Below are positions 1 through 8,809 of a stretch of 64,000 bases of DNA, piece after piece. Source of the DNA: an uncultured Pelagibacteraceae bacterium. Its GTDB lineage: Bacteria > Pseudomonadota > Alphaproteobacteria > Pelagibacterales > Pelagibacteraceae. The notes under the pieces are model-generated. The model made no database searches. It was not told the DNA's origin and saw nothing but the letters and a program-made list of their open reading frames with translations. How positions within the stretch are numbered: position 1 is the first letter of the stretch; every line of letters begins with the position of its first letter. The DNA lies in assembly GCA_902602295.1 (NCBI GenBank), contig CACKQM010000003.1, positions 20,221 to 84,220 on the forward strand, in the 5' to 3' direction. Position numbers and translations under genes: made by a program.

Positions 1-666
1 TCTTATTTTGTTATCTTTGAAACTTATAATTTTGGTAGATACATCTTAATAAGTTCAGCAGTTTCAATTGGTACTGTTATTGTCACGTTATTATTTGCAA
101 TCCCTGCAGCTTACGCTGTTGCAAGATTAAACTTTTTCGGCAAAAACTTTTTATCAACATCAATTTTGATTATTTATATGTTTCCAGCCATAGTATTAGT
201 GATCCCTTTATATACTGTGTTTAGTCAACTTGGCTTAAGAAACTCAATCTTTGGTTTATTGATTGTTTATACGGCCACAACCTTGCCGGTTGCTATTTAT
301 ATGTTGCAAGGTTATTTCAAAAGTATTCCAAAAGAAATTGAAGATGCTGGCATTATGGATGGTCAAAATTGGTTTGGTATAATTTTAAAGATTATTATTC
401 CTTTAAGTTTACCAGCTATTGCATCCGTTGCACTTTATGTCTTCATGATAGCTTGGAATGAATTCCTTTTTTCATTAATGTTTTTAGATAGTCCTAAGTC
501 CTTTACTTTATCAAGAGCCATTCAATATCTAAGCGGGGACGCAGAAACTCCTCGTCAATATTTAATGGCTGGCTCAGTAATTGTTACTTTACCTGTACTT
601 TTTATTTTCATATATTTTGAAAAATATTTAGTCAGTGGTTTGACCGCTGGTAGTGTAAAAGAGTAA
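1..666 (+). CDS. Carbohydrate ABC transporter permease (MalG-like), 5'-truncated by the window edge
   Basis: Frame 1 is open from base 1 (SYFVIFETYNFGRY...), so the true start lies outside the window; EAA-like loop IPKEIEDAGIMDG, AWNEFLF motif, C-terminal GLTAGSVKE. Confidence 0.9.
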   Translation, partial: SYFVIFETYNFGRYILISSAVSIGTVIVTLLFAIPAAYAVARLNFFGKNFLSTSILIIYMFPAIVLVIPLYTVFSQLGLRNSIFGLLIVYTATTLPVAIYMLQGYFKSIPKEIEDAGIMDGQNWFGIILKIIIPLSLPAIASVALYVFMIAWNEFLFSLMFLDSPKSFTLSRAIQYLSGDAETPRQYLMAGSVIVTLPVLFIFIYFEKYLVSGLTAGSVKE

Positions 667-677
667 TTTTAAGTACT

Positions 678-2783
678 ATGAAATTAAGGAGTTTTTTAAG
701 ATCTTTTATATTTCTAATTCCATTAATTTTGGTTTTTTCAAAAGCTATAGCGGAGCCAACCTTTGTGCAAAGTAAATCAATCGATATAGGCTTTTATCTG
801 GGACTTACATTTAATAATGATGGTACAAAAATGTATACTGTAGAGAGTGATAAATCATCGGATGCAGTTGTCGAATATATATTAACTACTGCATATGACA
901 TTTCAACGGCAACAGTAAACAATACTAAAGTAGTGCATAGATCTGGAGGTGTTAATAAATTTGTACCATCACAAGTAGTGTTCAATAACGATGGAACAAA
1001 AATGTTTATTTCTAACCATGCTGGTGAAAATACAATAGATTATTGGTCACTAAGTACTGCATTTGATATTTCAACTGCTACATTTAATGAAGCATTCGAA
1101 TTGGATGGTCAAGAACAAAGAGCAAATTCAATTGCATTTAATAATAATGGTACCAGAATGATTGTTGCTGGTGCAGGAAATATGTCCCAACAGCGTATTC
1201 ATGAATATTCACTAGCTACACCATTTGATTTTAGTTCAGGAGTTACACATGTTAATACCGAAGATATGAGTTCTTACCACGACTACATAGACGGGGTTAC
1301 TTTTAAAGATGATGGTACTAAAATGTATACCATTGATAGTGAGACTGAACAGATTTCTCAGTTTAAATTAACTACACCTTATGATGTTTCTACTTTATCC
1401 CTTGAAGGTACCTTTGATGTAAGTTCTTATGATATCGCACCAAGAGAGGTTGCCTTCAGTAATGATGGAAGTAAAATGTTTTTCATTGGTGATACAAACG
1501 ATAAAGTTTATGAATTTAACCTAAGTTGTAATTGGAGTTTAATTGATAGTGCTTGTGATGACCCTGTTGGTAAATATAAAGGCGGTAAAGATCATTTAGC
1601 TATAATTGACTCACAAACAACAACAGCTAAACAAATTGCTATCCACGCCACTACGCCAGTATTAAATCGTATGTTTTGGTTAAGACGTCATAGAAGTAAT
1701 GACCAATTAAGTAACCAAAATATTAGATTAAATTTTTCTAATTCAATGATGGCTTCATTATCAGAAATGCTCCCAGTATCTAATAAAACTAATGAGGTGT
1801 TAGATAAATTGTCGGATGAATGGTCATTTTGGAGTGAGGGCAGTATTAGTTTTGGAAGAGCAGGAGATACCTCACATTCTTCGTCAAAAAAAATTGATAG
1901 TAAAGGTATCTCGTTTGGAATGGATAAAAAGATAAGTGAAAATAAATTATACGGATACGCATTCCGGTATGGTCGAGATGAGGTGGATGTAGGCTCTTTT
2001 GGCACAACACTGGATACTGACTCAATTAGTTTATCACTTTATGGAACTTTTCCTCAGGATGATGAAAGATTTATTGAAGGCATTTTGGGAGTAAGCAAGT
2101 TAAAGACTGATCATGTTAGAAAAGGAGGAGGGAATACTAGAACAGGTAATCGAAATGGATCACAAGTATTTGGCTCAATTAATTATTTTACTACTTATCA
2201 AAAAGAAAAATTCAATATTTCTCCTAATATAAGAATTGATCTCAGCTACACACAATTATCAAAGTATTCAGAAACGGGAGTAGCTAGTCTTGTTTATAAT
2301 AAACAAGTAGTTGAAACTGGAATGATATCTTCGGGTTTTAATTTAAGTAATATTATTGACTATAACACATTAACTTTCGAACCAAATGCAGGTTTAGAAT
2401 TTAGTTTAGACTTTAGCCCTACATCAGATGCAACATATAGGTATATCTCACAAACAACAGAATATACTAGAGGCATAGGTCAAGATTCTAAAAGTATTAG
2501 AGGCAATATTGGATTTGATTTAGAAATGGATAATGGTTTATCTCTAATGACGATCTATGAAAGAAGTCAAAGTGAAATTGCTCATAGTGATACTTTATAT
2601 ATAGGGTTTGGCTATGTGCCTGATGAAAGTACTGAGTATGCTATGAAATTAGATAATAATGAAGCAACTTTAAATTATAAAAGAAATTTAAGTGGTTTTG
2701 ATATCAACATAAGTTCTAACTATAGTTTGATGAGTGAAATTCCCGAATATGGAACAAACCTTGAATTAAGAAATACATTCTGA
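678..2783 (+). CDS. Autotransporter-like outer-membrane protein with a beta-propeller repeat passenger
   Basis: Signal peptide; five F(N/K/S)(N/D)(D/N)G(T/S)(K/R)M repeats; helical linker; amphipathic beta-strand region from WSFWSEG; terminal Phe. Confidence 0.75.
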   Translation: MKLRSFLRSFIFLIPLILVFSKAIAEPTFVQSKSIDIGFYLGLTFNNDGTKMYTVESDKSSDAVVEYILTTAYDISTATVNNTKVVHRSGGVNKFVPSQVVFNNDGTKMFISNHAGENTIDYWSLSTAFDISTATFNEAFELDGQEQRANSIAFNNNGTRMIVAGAGNMSQQRIHEYSLATPFDFSSGVTHVNTEDMSSYHDYIDGVTFKDDGTKMYTIDSETEQISQFKLTTPYDVSTLSLEGTFDVSSYDIAPREVAFSNDGSKMFFIGDTNDKVYEFNLSCNWSLIDSACDDPVGKYKGGKDHLAIIDSQTTTAKQIAIHATTPVLNRMFWLRRHRSNDQLSNQNIRLNFSNSMMASLSEMLPVSNKTNEVLDKLSDEWSFWSEGSISFGRAGDTSHSSSKKIDSKGISFGMDKKISENKLYGYAFRYGRDEVDVGSFGTTLDTDSISLSLYGTFPQDDERFIEGILGVSKLKTDHVRKGGGNTRTGNRNGSQVFGSINYFTTYQKEKFNISPNIRIDLSYTQLSKYSETGVASLVYNKQVVETGMISSGFNLSNIIDYNTLTFEPNAGLEFSLDFSPTSDATYRYISQTTEYTRGIGQDSKSIRGNIGFDLEMDNGLSLMTIYERSQSEIAHSDTLYIGFGYVPDESTEYAMKLDNNEATLNYKRNLSGFDINISSNYSLMSEIPEYGTNLELRNTF
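801..1560 (+). repeat. Five ~52-57 aa protein repeats (FNNDGTKM...Y/F-x-L-x-T-x-Y/F-D-I-S) in the passenger domain
   Basis: Repeat cores near 801, 972, 1128, 1293 and 1446 in the translation. Confidence 0.85.
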
Positions 2784-2821
2784 ACTATTATAAAGGGAGA
2801 TACTAACATATATTCATACTG

Positions 2822-4069
2822 ATGAAAAAACTTTTAGCGATCGTGGTTCTGGGTTTGTTGTTAAGTGGAAACGCTTATGCAAATAAAGAAAAAGCAAATA
2901 GCCATGGTGGTGCGCACGAATTACCTGAAAGTGCTCGACCAAATGATGCAACTATATCATTATTTGAGGTACGAAAAAAAAATTTTATTGATCGTAGAAG
3001 AAGTCAAGGACGATTATACATTGTCCCCCCAAAAGGAAATGCAAAAACATTTACTTATGAAAAAAATATATCTAGTTCGAAAGTTGATAAACAACTGTCT
3101 GAAGGATATCTTCTGAGCTATCTATTTTATGATAATGGGGTAATTAAATATGATGGTAAAGCAAAAAAAGGACGTTTTAGGGATGATATAACAGACGAAA
3201 CATTATTTTATACTCACTCTACAGGTAAAAGTATTACGTCATATATAGTTGGTCACGCAATATGTGATGGTTATATTTCCTCAGTTGACGAAATTATAGA
3301 TTGGCCACTTATGGAAAATACACTTTACCATGGTCAACCATTACGAAACCTTTTAAATATGGCAGCTGGCGACAAGCATGTTGTTAACAAAAGATCTAAT
3401 AGATTTATGGGCTCCTCAGAACATCATAGAGATATGGGTCTTGATACTATTGCTCTTCTATTACAGGGTACAAAAGCTAAGGGAAATAAAAATTTTTATA
3501 ATAATGCTTTAGCGGACATTATTGCAAACTATATAGTTTTTAAATCAGGAAAAGATTATGACAAATTAATGAAAAAAGTTTTTCAAGATAAAATTAAAAT
3601 TGGAAATGAAATTTCTTATGAAAAACATGGTCAAACTCGCAAGCATAAAAAAATTGCTAAATACAATGGTAGCCTCCAAACACTTGCTTCTTATTCATAT
3701 TACATGACTAGATTAGATTTTTTAAGATTTGCAGAAGCTATGATGAAAGATTATCAAAATGAAACTTGTGTAGGAAATTACTTGAGAGAATCACAAGAAC
3801 AAGCAATAAAATGGTTTAAATATCGTCCAACAAAAAAAAATGCACAATGGTATCTTCATAATTATTCTAAAAAATATGGTTCGCAATTCTATTTTGATTT
3901 TCAGGGATTGAAAAAAAGAAATATAATTGGAACAGAGGGATATAACGGACAAAATATATTAATTGATTTGGACAATTCACGAATAGTAGTAACAAATAGT
4001 GCTGCAACAGGTTGGAATGTTAAAACTTATATGTTGAATGTAATTAGTAAGGGGAAACTTCCAAAATAA
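2822..4069 (+). CDS. Secreted serine hydrolase of the beta-lactamase class C/PBP-like fold
   Basis: Signal peptide MKKLLAIVVLGLLLSGNAYA; SxxK (STGK), LLNMAAG, YxN (FYNN), GYNGQ and IVV motifs. Confidence 0.8.
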   Translation: MKKLLAIVVLGLLLSGNAYANKEKANSHGGAHELPESARPNDATISLFEVRKKNFIDRRRSQGRLYIVPPKGNAKTFTYEKNISSSKVDKQLSEGYLLSYLFYDNGVIKYDGKAKKGRFRDDITDETLFYTHSTGKSITSYIVGHAICDGYISSVDEIIDWPLMENTLYHGQPLRNLLNMAAGDKHVVNKRSNRFMGSSEHHRDMGLDTIALLLQGTKAKGNKNFYNNALADIIANYIVFKSGKDYDKLMKKVFQDKIKIGNEISYEKHGQTRKHKKIAKYNGSLQTLASYSYYMTRLDFLRFAEAMMKDYQNETCVGNYLRESQEQAIKWFKYRPTKKNAQWYLHNYSKKYGSQFYFDFQGLKKRNIIGTEGYNGQNILIDLDNSRIVVTNSAATGWNVKTYMLNVISKGKLPK

Positions 4070-4141
4070 TTATTTGTTCGTGAAAAGTAGCAACAAATAC
4101 TCAACAGTTTTATTAGATTTAGAATAAAGATTAATAAAATC

Positions 4142-4180
4142 TATAGGATATTATAGGATAACCAGTACATGACCAGTACA
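4142..4180. repeat. Two adjacent tandem direct-repeat pairs: TATAGGATA x2 (10 bp period) and ACCAGTACA x2 (11 bp period)
   Basis: Read directly at 4142-4150/4152-4160 and 4161-4169/4172-4180. Confidence 0.85.
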
Positions 4181-4263
4181 CAGAGAGATAAGATAAAAAA
4201 AATTTACTTATTCATCTTGTTCAATTATAAATATTAGCATAAACACTCATGAAATTCATTAAT

Positions 4264-4349
4264 GCCCTCGTGGTGAAATTGGTAGACACAAAGGACTTAA
4301 AATCCTTGCCGCTTGCGGAGTGCCAGTTCGAGTCTGGCCGAGGGCACCA
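4264..4349 (+). tRNA. tRNA-Leu(TAA)
   Basis: GCCCTCG/CGAGGGC acceptor stem, anticodon arm aagga-ctTAAaa-tcctt, long variable arm, GTTCGAG T-loop, encoded CCA. Confidence 0.97.
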
Positions 4350-4353
4350 TTAA

Positions 4354-5124
4354 ATGCATAGAGTTCAAATCATATCTGATATAAATCAAAGATCTTTAAA
4401 AATAAAATCATTAATACAAAAAAAAATTAATCAAAATAAAGTTAAAAGATCGAATATTACAATTGTTATTGGTGGTGATGGCTTCATGTTACAAACACTA
4501 AAAAAGAATAGAAAGTCAAAAAAATTTTTTTATGGAGTAAATTCCGGGAGTTATGGATTTTTGATGAATAAATTTTCGTCAAAAAATATCATAAGCAATT
4601 TACATAAAGCAAGAATGATTACCATCTCTCCTCTAGAGATGGTTGTAAAAAATAATAAAAATCAAACTAAAAAACATATAGCTATAAATGAAGTTTCAAT
4701 TTTAAGACAAAGTAGGCAAGCAGCTTCTTTATCAATTTATCATGGTTCTAAACAAGTCATAAAAAAACTTGTCTCTGATGGAGTACTGGTATCCACACCC
4801 GCTGGAAGTACTGCTTATAATTTATCAGTTCATGGACCTATATTAAGTTTGAATTCAAAAAGATTATCCATATCTCCAATAAGTCCATTTAGACCGAGAA
4901 GATGGAAAGGTAAAATTGTAAGTGATAAATCTAAAATAAATATTAGAAACTTAAATTCTAAAAAAAGACCAATTTCTGCTGTTGCTGACAATATTGAGGT
5001 AAGGAATGCAAAAAATATTATAGTTAAAACCAATCAAAAAATTAAATTTAATCTTCTTTACGATAGAAACAGAAGTTTGCAAAAGAAAATCAAAATAGAA
5101 CAATTAAGAAAAGAAACATCTTGA
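4354..5124 (+). CDS. nadK: NAD kinase
   Basis: GGDG, INE, DG..STPAGSTAY motifs. Confidence 0.93.
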   Translation: MHRVQIISDINQRSLKIKSLIQKKINQNKVKRSNITIVIGGDGFMLQTLKKNRKSKKFFYGVNSGSYGFLMNKFSSKNIISNLHKARMITISPLEMVVKNNKNQTKKHIAINEVSILRQSRQAASLSIYHGSKQVIKKLVSDGVLVSTPAGSTAYNLSVHGPILSLNSKRLSISPISPFRPRRWKGKIVSDKSKINIRNLNSKKRPISAVADNIEVRNAKNIIVKTNQKIKFNLLYDRNRSLQKKIKIEQLRKETS

Positions 5125-5200
5125 TGGTGCCCCCGCACGGATTCGAACCGCGGACCTATTGATTACAAATCAATTGCTCTACCAGCTGAGCTACAAGGGC
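5125..5200 (-). tRNA. tRNA-Thr(TGT)
   Basis: Reverse complement GCCCTTGTAGCTCAGCTGGTAGAGC...attga-ttTGTaa-tcaat...GGTTCGAATCC...GGGGGCACCA. Confidence 0.97.
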
Positions 5201-5233
5201 ATGCGCAATAACTATTAATTATTTCTTAATTAA

Positions 5234-5977
5234 TCAACTCTTTTTTTTTAGATAACTTAGATGATGAAATACAATTGCGGCACTATTTGATATATTTAAG
5301 CTTTCAATTTTTTCATTTATCTCAATCTTAATTAAAAAATCTGCATATTTAGATGTGTGTTTATGCATCCCTGATCCCTCGGATCCAAATAATAATATAT
5401 TATTTCCTTTCCACTCAATATCAGTGAAGTCCTCTTTTCCATTACCATCAAAGCCATATACCCAAAAATTTTTTTCCCTGAGATTTTTAAGTGTTGAATT
5501 GATATTAGAAACTTCAAAAATATTGATATACTCAATTGCCCCACTCGCCGCTTTATACATTAGTTTACTTTCACTTGGAAAGTTTCTTTCTTTAATAATT
5601 ACCCCATCGATATTAAAAGATGCAGCACTTCTTATTAAAGATCCTATATTTCTTGGATCTGTTACACCATCAAGACAAACCAATGTAATATTTTTTTTTT
5701 CTTTAATGTATTCTTTAAGGATTGGTTTTTGAACATGTTCAATTTCTGCAACATAACCTTGATGTTGTAAATTTTCCCTAGTACTATATTTATCAAGTTC
5801 TTTTTTTGTCTTAAAATAGACTTTGACATTATTTAACAAATTTTGATTAGGACTTTTTTTATGAATATTTCTCTTACTTTCCTCAGTTAAAAATATCCTC
5901 AAAACCTTCCTTTTTGGGTTTCTTAGTGCCTCAATTACAGCATGTTGACCAATGATAAAAAAAGATGATTTATTCAT
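5234..5977 (-). CDS. rlmB: 23S rRNA (Gm2251) 2'-O-methyltransferase, SPOUT family
   Basis: HQG, LDGVTDPRNIGSLIRSA, GSEGSG, ESLNISNSAA motifs. Confidence 0.9.
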   Translation of the reverse strand: MNKSSFFIIGQHAVIEALRNPKRKVLRIFLTEESKRNIHKKSPNQNLLNNVKVYFKTKKELDKYSTRENLQHQGYVAEIEHVQKPILKEYIKEKKNITLVCLDGVTDPRNIGSLIRSAASFNIDGVIIKERNFPSESKLMYKAASGAIEYINIFEVSNINSTLKNLREKNFWVYGFDGNGKEDFTDIEWKGNNILLFGSEGSGMHKHTSKYADFLIKIEINEKIESLNISNSAAIVFHHLSYLKKKS

Positions 5978-6031
5978 AAAATTACCTAAGTTTTACACGT
6001 TTTTTTAAATATTTTCCCACTAAATCACGTG

Positions 6032-6059
6032 TTGCATTTGGATAAATAAAATATATAAA
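6032..6059 (+). promoter_or_regulatory. Putative sigma70 promoter for the tRNA-Tyr/tRNA-Gly/tuf transcript
   Basis: TTGCAT-N16-TATAAA; AT-rich background lowers certainty. Confidence 0.5.
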
Positions 6060-6107
6060 ACGCTTGTTGTTTGAAGCTTTATTGAACAAGGGGACACTTC
6101 CCCTAAG

Positions 6108-6193
6108 GGAGGGGTTCCAGAGCGGTCAAATGGGGCGGGCTGTAAACCCGTTGACTTCGGTCTTCGAAAGTTCGAATCTTTCCCCCTCCACCA
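6108..6193 (+). tRNA. tRNA-Tyr(GTA)
   Basis: GGAGGGG/CCCCTCC acceptor stem, gcggg-ctGTAaa-cccgt, variable arm, CCA. Confidence 0.97.
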
Positions 6194-6237
6194 TTCAATA
6201 ATCTTTGGCAATACTGGAGTGATACTCTTGGGGTTGT

Positions 6238-6311
6238 GCGGGTGTAGTTCAATGGTAGAACGCTAGCCTTCCAAGCTGGATGTAAGGGTTCGATTCCCTT
6301 TACCCGCTCCA
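6238..6311 (+). tRNA. tRNA-Gly(TCC)
   Basis: GCGGGTG/TACCCGC acceptor stem, ctagc-ctTCCaa-gctgg, CCA. Confidence 0.97.
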
Positions 6312-6356
6312 AGAAAATATAGTTTATAAAAAAAATAAAAGTGAGGAATATAAGTA

Positions 6357-7547
6357 ATGTCAAAAGAGAAATTTGTAAGAAATAAACCGCATTGTAACAT
6401 TGGAACAATCGGTCATGTCGATCATGGTAAAACAACGTTAACTGCTGCGATCACTAAAGTTTTATCTGAAACTGGTGGAGCACAAGCAGTTGCTTATGAT
6501 CAAATTGATAAAGCTCCAGAGGAAAAAGAAAGAGGAATTACAATATCAACAGCACATGTTGAATATGAAACTGAAAAAAGACACTACGCGCACGTAGATT
6601 GTCCAGGCCACGCTGATTATGTTAAGAACATGATTACGGGTGCAGCACAAATGGATGGTGCAATTTTAGTTGTTAACGCTGCAGACGGTCCTATGCCTCA
6701 AACCAGAGAGCATATTCTTTTAGCAAGACAAGTTGGAGTTCCAGCTATATGTGTTTATTTAAATAAAGTAGATCAAGTTGATGATAAAGAAATGATTGAT
6801 TTAGTCGAGGAAGAGATTAAAGAATTATTAACTTCTTATAAATTTCCAGGTGATAAAACTCCTATAGCTAAGGGTTCTGCACTAGCTGCAGTTGAAGGAA
6901 GAGATGATGAAATTGGAAAAAATTCAATTATAGAATTAATGAAGAATGTTGATGAATTCATTCCTCAACCAGACAGACCAAAAGATAAAGATTTTTTGAT
7001 GCCTGTTGAAGATGTTTTTTCAATCTCAGGAAGAGGTACTGTTGCAACTGGAAGAGTTGAGTCAGGTGTTCTAAAAACTGGAGATGAGCTTGAAATAGTT
7101 GGTATTAGAGAAACTAAAAAATCAGTTTGTACTGGTGTTGAAATGTTTAGAAAACTTTTAGATTCTGGTGAAGCAGGTGACAACGTTGGAGTACTTTTAA
7201 GAGGTGTAGAGAGAACTGACATTGAGAGAGGTCAAGTTCTTTGTAAACCAGGTTCTGTAACACCACACACTAAATTTGAAGCTCAAGCTTATGTACTTAA
7301 AAAAGAAGAGGGTGGAAGACATACACCTTTTTTCACAAAGTATAGACCACAATTTTATTTTAGAACCACAGATGTAACTGGAGAAGTAGAGTTACCGGCT
7401 GGGACTGAAATGGTTATGCCTGGCGATGATGCTAAATTTACAGTTAAACTCATTACACCAATTGCGATGTCTGAGAAATTAAACTTTGCTATTCGTGAAG
7501 GTGGAAGAACTGTTGGAGCTGGAGTAGTAACTAAAATTATAGAGTAA
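6357..7547 (+). CDS. tuf: Elongation factor Tu
   Basis: [26 protein letters not shown]. Confidence 0.99.
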   Translation: MSKEKFVRNKPHCNIGTIGHVDHGKTTLTAAITKVLSETGGAQAVAYDQIDKAPEEKERGITISTAHVEYETEKRHYAHVDCPGHADYVKNMITGAAQMDGAILVVNAADGPMPQTREHILLARQVGVPAICVYLNKVDQVDDKEMIDLVEEEIKELLTSYKFPGDKTPIAKGSALAAVEGRDDEIGKNSIIELMKNVDEFIPQPDRPKDKDFLMPVEDVFSISGRGTVATGRVESGVLKTGDELEIVGIRETKKSVCTGVEMFRKLLDSGEAGDNVGVLLRGVERTDIERGQVLCKPGSVTPHTKFEAQAYVLKKEEGGRHTPFFTKYRPQFYFRTTDVTGEVELPAGTEMVMPGDDAKFTVKLITPIAMSEKLNFAIREGGRTVGAGVVTKIIE

Positions 7548-7556
7548 ACTCTATAT

Positions 7557-7632
7557 AGGAGTGTAGCTCAATTGGTAGAGCGCCGGTCTCCAAAACCGGA
7601 GGCTGAGGGTTCGAGTCCCTCCGCTCCTGCCA
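7557..7632 (+). tRNA. tRNA-Trp(CCA)
   Basis: AGGAGTG/CGCTCCT acceptor stem, ccggt-ctCCAaa-accgg, CCA; canonical position between tuf and secE. Confidence 0.97.
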
Positions 7633-7649
7633 ATATAAGGTAGATAATT

Positions 7650-7841
7650 ATGAAAAACCCGATTAAATTTATACAAGAAGTAAAACAAGAAGCATTCAAA
7701 GTTACTTGGCCTACTGGAAAAGAGACACTCCAGGGTGCATTAATGGTTTTTGCAATGGCAGTAGTAATGTCTTTATTTTTTTTATTATTAGATCAGGTTT
7801 TAAAATTTTTCTTAGAACTATTACTTAAAGTGAGCATTTAA
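7650..7841 (+). CDS. secE: Preprotein translocase subunit SecE
   Basis: EAFKVTWP motif plus one TM helix; synteny. Confidence 0.95.
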   Translation: MKNPIKFIQEVKQEAFKVTWPTGKETLQGALMVFAMAVVMSLFFLLLDQVLKFFLELLLKVSI

Positions 7842-8371
7842 TGAAAAATTGGTACATAGTTCAATCGCACTCAAGTTTTGAAAACAAAGTTGCAGGACTG
7901 ATAAAAGAAGAGGCAGATAAAGCTAAAATTTCAGAAAAATTTGAGGAAATTATCGTTCCAACTCATGATGTAACTGAGGTTAAAAGAGGTAAGCGAATTC
8001 AAAGAAAAAAAAAATATTTTCCAGGCTATGTTCTAATTAAGAGTGAGATGGATAATGATATTTATCATATGATAAAAAATATAAAACGTGTCAGTGGTTT
8101 CCTGGGCACAAAGGGTATGCCTGTTCCAGTATCAGACAAAGAAATTGATAAAATTTTAGGTCAGATAAAAGACGGAGTTGCCCAACCAAAATCAGCAATA
8201 GAGTATACAGTTGGTGAAAAAGTACAGGTAATTGATGGACCTTTTGCTTCATTTAGTGGAATGGTTGAGGAAATTGATGAAGAAAAGTCTAGACTTAAGG
8301 TGTCAGTTTCTATATTTGGAAGGCCAACACCAGTTGATTTAGAATATAATCAAGTGGAGAAGGTAAGTTAA
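7841..8371 (+). CDS. nusG: Transcription antitermination factor NusG
   Basis: [29 protein letters not shown]. Confidence 0.98.
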   Translation: MKNWYIVQSHSSFENKVAGLIKEEADKAKISEKFEEIIVPTHDVTEVKRGKRIQRKKKYFPGYVLIKSEMDNDIYHMIKNIKRVSGFLGTKGMPVPVSDKEIDKILGQIKDGVAQPKSAIEYTVGEKVQVIDGPFASFSGMVEEIDEEKSRLKVSVSIFGRPTPVDLEYNQVEKVS

Positions 8372-8375
8372 ATTT

Positions 8376-8807
8376 ATGGCAGCTAAAAAAGAAATTAGTG
8401 GTTTTATAAAGTTACAAATTAAAGGTGGTCAAGCAAATCCTGCTCCACCGGTTGGACCAGCATTGGGTCAACGTGGAGTAAATATAATGGAATTTTGTAA
8501 AGCTTTTAATGACAAAACAAAAAAATTAGCTGGCAAACCTGTACCAGTTGAAATTACTGTCTATAAAGATAAAAAATTTGATTTTAAAATTAAATCCCCA
8601 CCTGCTTCTTTTTTTATAAGAGAAGCCGCAAAACTAAAGAGTGGTTCGCAAGAACCTGGCCGAAATATTGTTGCTTCAATAACAAAAAAACAAGCTGAAG
8701 AAATTGCTAAACAAAAAATGGAAGATTTGAATGCTCTTGATTTAGATCAAGCGGTCAAAATTATTGCTGGTTCTGCAAGATCAATGGGTATCGAGGTAAA
8801 AGATTAA
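8376..8807 (+). CDS. rplK: 50S ribosomal protein L11
   Basis: [20 protein letters not shown]. Confidence 0.98.
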   Translation: MAAKKEISGFIKLQIKGGQANPAPPVGPALGQRGVNIMEFCKAFNDKTKKLAGKPVPVEITVYKDKKFDFKIKSPPASFFIREAAKLKSGSQEPGRNIVASITKKQAEEIAKQKMEDLNALDLDQAVKIIAGSARSMGIEVKD

Positions 8808-8809
8808 TT

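Noticed and set aside
801-1560. Periodic repeats considered as a CRISPR array or DGR template/variable repeat
   Set aside because: They are degenerate in-frame protein repeats with no identical DNA repeats or spacers, and no cas or reverse transcriptase gene is present
4108-4143. AT-only inverted repeats after the serine hydrolase as an intrinsic terminator
   Set aside because: No GC stem; expected by chance at this AT content
1-4263. Calling the left region a prophage or mobile element
   Set aside because: No integrase, transposase or phage structural gene in the window; only indirect boundary evidence, reported as a finding
6020-6435. Minus-strand ORFs 6020-6211 and 6103-6435
   Set aside because: They are antisense shadows of tRNA-Tyr, tRNA-Gly and the tuf start
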